Below are positions 57,802 to 64,000 of a stretch of DNA of 64,000 nt, one piece after another. The number at the start of each line of letters is the position of its first letter. Within the stretch, counting starts at the first letter, position 1. This stretch comes from Amoebidium appalachense (taxonomy: Eukaryota > Protista > Ichthyosporea): NCBI GenBank assembly GCA_963693365.1, contig CAVNZM010000013.1, positions 3,066,722-3,130,721 on the forward strand, given 5' to 3'. Position numbers and translations under genes: made by a program. The notes under the pieces are model-generated. The model saw nothing but the letters and a program-made list of their open reading frames with translations. It did not search any database and had not been told where the DNA came from.

Positions 57802-58982
57802 TGTGCGTGCGTGCGTGCGTGTGTGTGTGTGTGTGTGTTTGCGCGCGCGCGCCCGTGCGGGAGGGGAACAGGTGGAGGGGAAAAGGGAGAAGGTGATGCA
57901 GGTAAACAGAAAAAACTTCAAATGCTTCTGAGACCGCCCAGAAACAGGGGAATTGAACACGAGACGGAAAATTTGAGAGAAATATCCAAAGAAAGGAGTG
58001 AGTGGGAGAAAAAGTGAGAGGTGGTTGGGTGGTGGGGGATAGTTAGGTAGGCCTATGCTGGCACTACGCCACGACAGCAATGCAACATCATACACAAAAC
58101 AGCAACTTGCAACGACTCGGCATCGTTAACCAACACAGATGAAATACGATTACAGCGGAACTGGAAAACTAACCAATCATACGAGTCAAGCCATGACACT
58201 AGTGAATCCAACCAGACAAAACTTGGCCATGGCACCCATGGTGCACAAGCACAGACTAGAACAAATATGAGCAGAACCCAGACAAATGCATAAAAGATGA
58301 ACATGCACATACGCACAAACACACAAAAGACCCACAAAAACACGCGAGCATACACACATGCACCCACACAACCATGCACACTCGCATGCACACACAAGCG
58401 TGCAGATCAGCACCAAAACCCACACAAACCCTGTATGTGCCTATCTGCACGTCAACGCACGCGTGCAAACGAGTACACTCACGAACACAACCCTAGATCA
58501 ACATCAGTGCACACCTGTATTAGACGCTCAACAGAGAGGCCCTGTAGAAGTTTTTTGCAAGAGTAAAACATAAGGAGAAATGATCATTAATCATGAGGGA
58601 ACTGCACAAATTTGGCCGTGTGGGCTCGAGCTCGACTTCTTGGAAAAAACGAACACACAGAAACAGTTACTGGGCCAGGCTGAGCCTTTGTGATTTTGTG
58701 ATGAATGAATGATGATTGGCTAGGTCGTGAGCCAAGTTCAGGGTTTGAAAACGCAACATGAATAATCCTATAGTATGATGGAGATTAAGACGCTCAATAA
58801 GTCTTTAGGACCGGAAAGGGTGGTTGAGATTACCGGATCTATGCTCCGAAAAGTATGAAGTCTGCAAGCCCGGAACAAAATCGCCAAACGAGGATTCATT
58901 GGTTGAACGCGCACCTATGACGTTTCGAGTGTCACACCACGGTGTCACGTGTGTTGGTGTGTGTGTGTACACGTGTGTGCGT

Positions 58983-59041
<59 letters not shown>

Positions 59042-59388
59042 GCGTGTGCACACGTTATGTTTTGACAGGCATACAGACGTAATACCGGTGCGTGTGCATT
59101 CGTGCACGTGTGTGCGTGTGCCGGTGCATATGTGCCTGCATGTGTGTGTGTGCCAGTGCGGGCGAGTGTGTTGAACATGTGTCTCAGTCTCACCTCTTGT
59201 CTCACCATCAGTCCATCACTTGATCACGGAACAGTGCTGTACATTTACGTCGACGTCGTGTGCACGTGTGGGTTTGTGCTTTGTCAGATTGTACAACCAA
59301 GGTATCCAATGACCAAGAAAGCTACAAGATCCAACATAAATTTGCAATACGAATAGCCTAAAGCCGTGAACAGCACCTATCTCCTTGG

Positions 59389-60710
59389 TCCGGAAGACGT
59401 AAATACCTGTCTTCTAGAGCAAAATTGGAGGTTTCCTTATTTTTCGATCGCGTTCTTGCCAGAAGACCCCTAACAAGTAGGGCTATAAAGCTTATGATAT
59501 TTATTAGAACTTTTTATAATACGCGAAGCGCGGTTTACTAATGAAAAAGCGGTTTTAGAGCTGCTTAAAAGTGGGGTTGGTCGTGATTTCTAGAAGACGG
59601 TAAAACACCACTTCTAGACTTAGAATTTGGCACTCTATCAGATCAATCGATTTTATCATTCATAGCGCTGTGGCCTGCCACCTACTGATGACTGAGATGG
59701 CTCCTTATTTTTCCTTACACATTCAGCGAACACTGGCACGGCGAGGGCCGTGACACTGGACTCTATCGAACCGTCGAGGCGCCGCGACAGAAAGCATGCA
59801 CGCGGTCGCGAGAGTGTAAGGAAAAAGCGAGCGTAAAGTTCATCGCAGCGCGTGCACACCGTCAGTACGTGTGAGCGCTGTGGCCGCGGCTGGAGTGCGT
59901 CGAACTGCAACAGTTAACTGTGCTTCCTCGCTTCACTGTTCGAAGCGCTGTTGCCAGAACCTTTCGTGCTTGCTTCTATTCAAGTATATGGCACGGGTAT
60001 GACACTCAAAAGTCTTTTGTTACTCCTTGCACACCATACTAGCTTGGTATGTGAACAAGTAATAAGGGGGCAGCAGAAACGGCAGGCCAGGTCTAGGTCT
60101 GGTAACCGCCCAGCGCCATAAATTTCGCAACTTGAATTGAAACAACAGCATCTGTGGGACTTCTGTTACCTCACGCAGGTCTAATACACGTAGTGGTTGG
60201 CTGAGCTTGTCTTCAAACAACATCTGCTCGCTCATGTGCAGACCATAGTGGACTACTGTGGCAGACCTGAGTGAGGAGCAGATGACCTTACAAACAGCGT
60301 TTCTGTGCATGGCACACGGTCAATGTGTGTTTCTATGCCATAGAACTTGAAACAAGAACTTCTTTGCGTCAAGTGGGCAGCGTTTATGGTGCTTTAGAAT
60401 ACCTCCAGAGAGAAAAAGCAGCCTGGGGGACTGCCGAATGGAGCAAAGGAGGGAGCGAAAAGAGAAGACTTCTCGAAGCCACATTCCACACTCATCACCA
60501 ACGTTCGAAAGTGTAGGGGCTGCAGGATAACATGAAACAAGGTTATTGTGCATAACGAAGGCTTTTTTTGTTTGGGAAAAAGTAAGGAGAAAAGCAAGCA
60601 AAGTTGGCAGAAAAGTCCTCAGCCAAAAGGGCCGCCGCCAGCGGCGGAATCGATCGATCGTATTAGAGAAATTTTCGAAGTCTAGAAGACGGAAAAACAC
60701 TGCTTCTAGC
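59389..60710. promoter_or_regulatory. Repeat-free island with three copies of a 30-bp spaced palindrome (TCTAGAAG-N14-CTTCTAGA)
   Basis: Copies at 59389-59418, 59589-59618 and 60681-60710, between the ROMO1 3' end and the 5' end of the F-box gene. Confidence 0.55.
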
Positions 60711-62055
60711 CGCGATCGATTTTTCTCCCAGGGAGATATCAGCAGTCACTGTGTAAGTGCCACCACACAACGACCATGGTGATCCGCTCAAGCACCTCTG
60801 GCACAAGCACCACTGGCACATCGATATCTGCAGTTGAGACGGACGAGATCTCACAACAACAGTATGTAGGACAGCTGGATGGTTGAATTTTTACCACCAC
60901 ATCGTTTTACTTCAGCACTGTTGTACAGGTCTGTACTCATACGGCCACACAACGGCATACGGCGTGACAAGGATGAAGTCACCCCTACATCAAGGCACAA
61001 GAGAAAAAAAAAGAAAAAAACAACCCAAGTCTATGATATTTCTACTTAGAGCAACGGTTCAGTCACAGGGTTGATAGCTAACACTACAAAGCATGAACAT
61101 AATACCACGGATTTACGTTGTGTTGTGGTTAATGTAGGTAGCTGCATGTAGACACATGATACAAAGCCAACCCTTGGCAACTTGACGTAATATTATTGGT
61201 GGAGGGGTGGTAGCACTGAGAGCAGGTGACGGGTGCGGGTGGTGGATGGGTCATACGGTTGGCCACCATTGTTGGACTCTGTGTGTGTGTGAGTGAAAGT
61301 GAGTGTGTGTGTGTGTGTGAGTGTATGTGTGTATGTGTGGGTGTGTGTGGGTGGGTGGTGTGTGTGTGTGTGGGGGGGGGGGGGGGAGGGGAAGGGGGGG
61401 GGGGGGAGACAGAAAGGGGGGGTGGGGGTATGAGTGCTTGTGTGCGTGCGTGTGCGTGTGGTTGTGGTGCAGGGGTTTGGGGGGGGAAGGGATGTGTGGA
61501 CTCCCTGAGGATTATGTACGAGTCAGTGAGTGAGTGAGTGAGTATGTTGTGTGACAGTGCATGGGGGTGGGTGGGTGCAAACGCAACTTGCACGGAGTGC
61601 ATGTGTGACTGTGGGTCGGTATAGTCTCTCTCCCTCTCCATCCCTTCCTCATTTTTGCTCTCTCTCCCCCTCCCCCTCAATCCCTCTATTCTACCCCCTC
61701 CCCTCTCTCTCATCTTCCCTGCTTGTGTGTGTTCGTGTGTGTGTGCATAGGAATGTGTGCGGTTTGCGTCAGTGCACGAAAAACCTCACAGACAGACGGC
61801 TGCTTATGTATTTCACCTCATGCCTTCCTTCTTATGTAGCAAAACTTCCATGCGAAATGACACGACACAGAAAACAAAGCCAAAAAGATTGGGAAGTGTC
61901 ATGTGTACGTGTACGTGTACGCCTCTCTCTCTCTCTCCCTCTCTCTCTCTCTCCCCCTCTCTCTCTCTCCCTCTCTCCCTCTCTCTCTCTCTCTCCCCCT
62001 CCCCCCCCCCCCGCCCTCTCTCTCTCTCCCTCTCTCTGTGTGAGTGTGTGCGTGC

Positions 62056-62100
<45 letters not shown>

Positions 62101-62212
62101 CGTGCGTGTGACATGTGTGTATGTGCCCGCACGGGTGTGCCTGTGTATATGTGCCTGTGTGTGCCTATAAAGACGTGTGTGCTTGTGTTGGTGTGCGTGC
62201 ATGTGAGGGCGT

Positions 62213-62259
<47 letters not shown>

Positions 62260-62276
62260 TAGACCTCACGTTTTGA

Positions 62277-62385
62277 TCAACATCTGAGGGCTGTGCCGAC
62301 AGCAAGGAAGAAACTGAAGGCCGTGCCGCTCTGCACCATGGTGCTACCAGTGTAGCGCACAAAGTCCCGTCCACGTGCACCAAGC
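62277..62385 (-). CDS. ROMO1: Last coding exon of ROMO1/Mgr2 (TIM23-associated mitochondrial inner-membrane protein); upstream exon(s) probably beyond the window
   Basis: After gtgcag| the exon reads (R)LGARGRDFVRYTGSTMVQSGTAFSFFLAVGTALRC*. This aligns without gaps to the animal Romo1 C-terminus [36 protein letters not shown]. It is missed by the ORF track. Confidence 0.88.
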
Positions 62386-62768
62386 CTGCACGTGCATGCG
62401 TGTGGGTGGGCATGGAAGGGGGTGGAAGGGGGGAGAGGGGAGGGTGGAAGGGAGGGGAGGGGAGGGGGAGGGGAAAGAAAGGGGGAGAAGCAAAGGAGGG
62501 GGGGGGGGGGGGGGGGGGGAGGGCATGGTCAGTGACTCTCTGTGAAGGTGTAGGTGTGTCTCGGTGTGGGTGTAATTGTCTGTGTAGTTGTGTGGGTGTC
62601 ATTGTTGGTGTAGGCGTGTCGGTGTATGTTGGATGGGTAACGGGTTGAGAGGGTTTGGGTGGCGGTAGTGGTGGTGGTGGTGGTGGTGCCCCCCGGGGGG
62701 AGGGGAGGGGGGGGGGGGGGGGGGGAGGGGGGAGGGGGTTGTGTTTATGTTCGTGTTTTTGGGTGTGG

Positions 62769-62843
<75 letters not shown>

Positions 62844-63182
62844 TCTTTGTGAATGAGTGTGTGTACATACCATGTATAGATCATAATGTGTGTGTGTGTG
62901 TATGTCTGCGCGCGCGCCCCCGTGTCGTGTCTGTGAGTTTTCTCACGCACATATGCGAGTGTATCAGTATGTAATGCTTTGTGCCTGCGTGCTTATGCAT
63001 GTTCGTGCATTACCAAGGGCACATCCCATGTTTTTTTTTGTTTTTTTTTTGGGTAATTTGATGTGCAATAAACACCCAGAAACCAACAAGTGTTATCAGA
63101 TCATCACGAGTATCCCGTAGAGGGAAAGGATAACCCCAGGATTTTAAGAACGATTATTGGCATAACGTGATTTGAAAAATCA

Positions 63183-63225
<43 letters not shown>

Positions 63226-63702
63226 TTCGCGCACAAACCCATCCCGGCGGGCAAAGTTTCCTCTACCCAACACATCCAAATAAAAAAGAAAAAAAGACAG
63301 GAAAGGCCGAAAGGAAAAAGGAAAAATACAAAAATAGCAAGCATCACGCCGGAAGCTCGCGCCTTGTCTCCCCCCCCCCCCCCCCCCCCCCTTCTCCCCC
63401 TCTCTCCAGCACCGCCGCCTAACATCCCGGGGTTCTTGCGTAACCCCCCCCCCTCCCCCCCCCCTGTGCGCGCGGGACAGGGAAGGAGGAGGAGGGGGTT
63501 ATCGTGGAGTACACGAAACGAAGAACAAATATTGTGACGCAATGTGAACATGCAGAAATAAACACACGAAGCATACAACCAAAAGGCGAGCCAATCGGCA
63601 GTGTAGGACGGGATTGCTTGTGTGTGTGTGTGGTGCACAGGGGAGACGGGGGGAGGGGGGGGGGGGTGATGGATGCCACACACCACAATTTCTTTTTTTT
63701 TT

Positions 63703-63744
<42 letters not shown>

Positions 63745-63910
63745 GGGCGGGGAGGGGGGAGGGGGAAGAGGGAGGGGGTAAAAATGTGTAAGAGAGTATG
63801 AGGTACACATTCATAACGTAGAACATCCAGCAGATTTGCAAACCACAAAAAAAGACTACGGGATGGTAGTGGTGATGGTGGGTAGTGGTGGTGGTGGTGG
63901 TGTGTGTGTG

Positions 63911-63968
<58 letters not shown>

Positions 63969-64000
63969 GAGAGAGAGAGAGAAGAGGGGCGGGAAGAGGG

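Noticed and set aside
59685-59705. CTGATGA as a hammerhead ribozyme core or snoRNA box C
   Set aside because: There is no stem II followed by GAAA, and no correctly placed box D with a terminal stem.
60020-60700. Two short minus-strand ORFs between ROMO1 and the F-box gene
   Set aside because: No recognisable domain and no consistent splice chain, so I left them unannotated.

Overview
Eukaryotic nuclear DNA, not prokaryotic. Short GT-AG exons are separated by introns packed with (GT/CA)n, (GA/TC)n and very long poly-G/poly-C tracts, so nearly all ORFs in the supplied track are microsatellite artefacts. Manual splicing, with intron phases checked, gives the following genes. (1) An intronless coiled-coil protein with a strict 25-residue Trp repeat (-, 237-2690), probably frameshifted near its 3' end. 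(2) A poorly resolved multi-exon gene (-, ~5.1-10.0 kb). (3) A divergent Ran-like GTPase with a Ser/Pro-rich N-terminal extension and a degenerate switch II (-, 6 exons). (4) Head-to-head with it, a ~19-exon, micro-exon-rich gene with a UBC/UEV-like segment (+). (5) A secreted DOMON + copper type II monooxygenase of the DBH/MOXD1 type (+, 2 exons). (6) A bZIP factor with an N-terminal eh1-like motif and upstream uORFs (+). (7) An F-box/LRR protein (-, 8 exons, one GC-AG intron). (8) The last coding exon of ROMO1/Mgr2 (-). Gene content suggests an opisthokont, possibly a unicellular holozoan, but this is inference only. No database searches were run; all family calls rest on motifs I recognised by eye.
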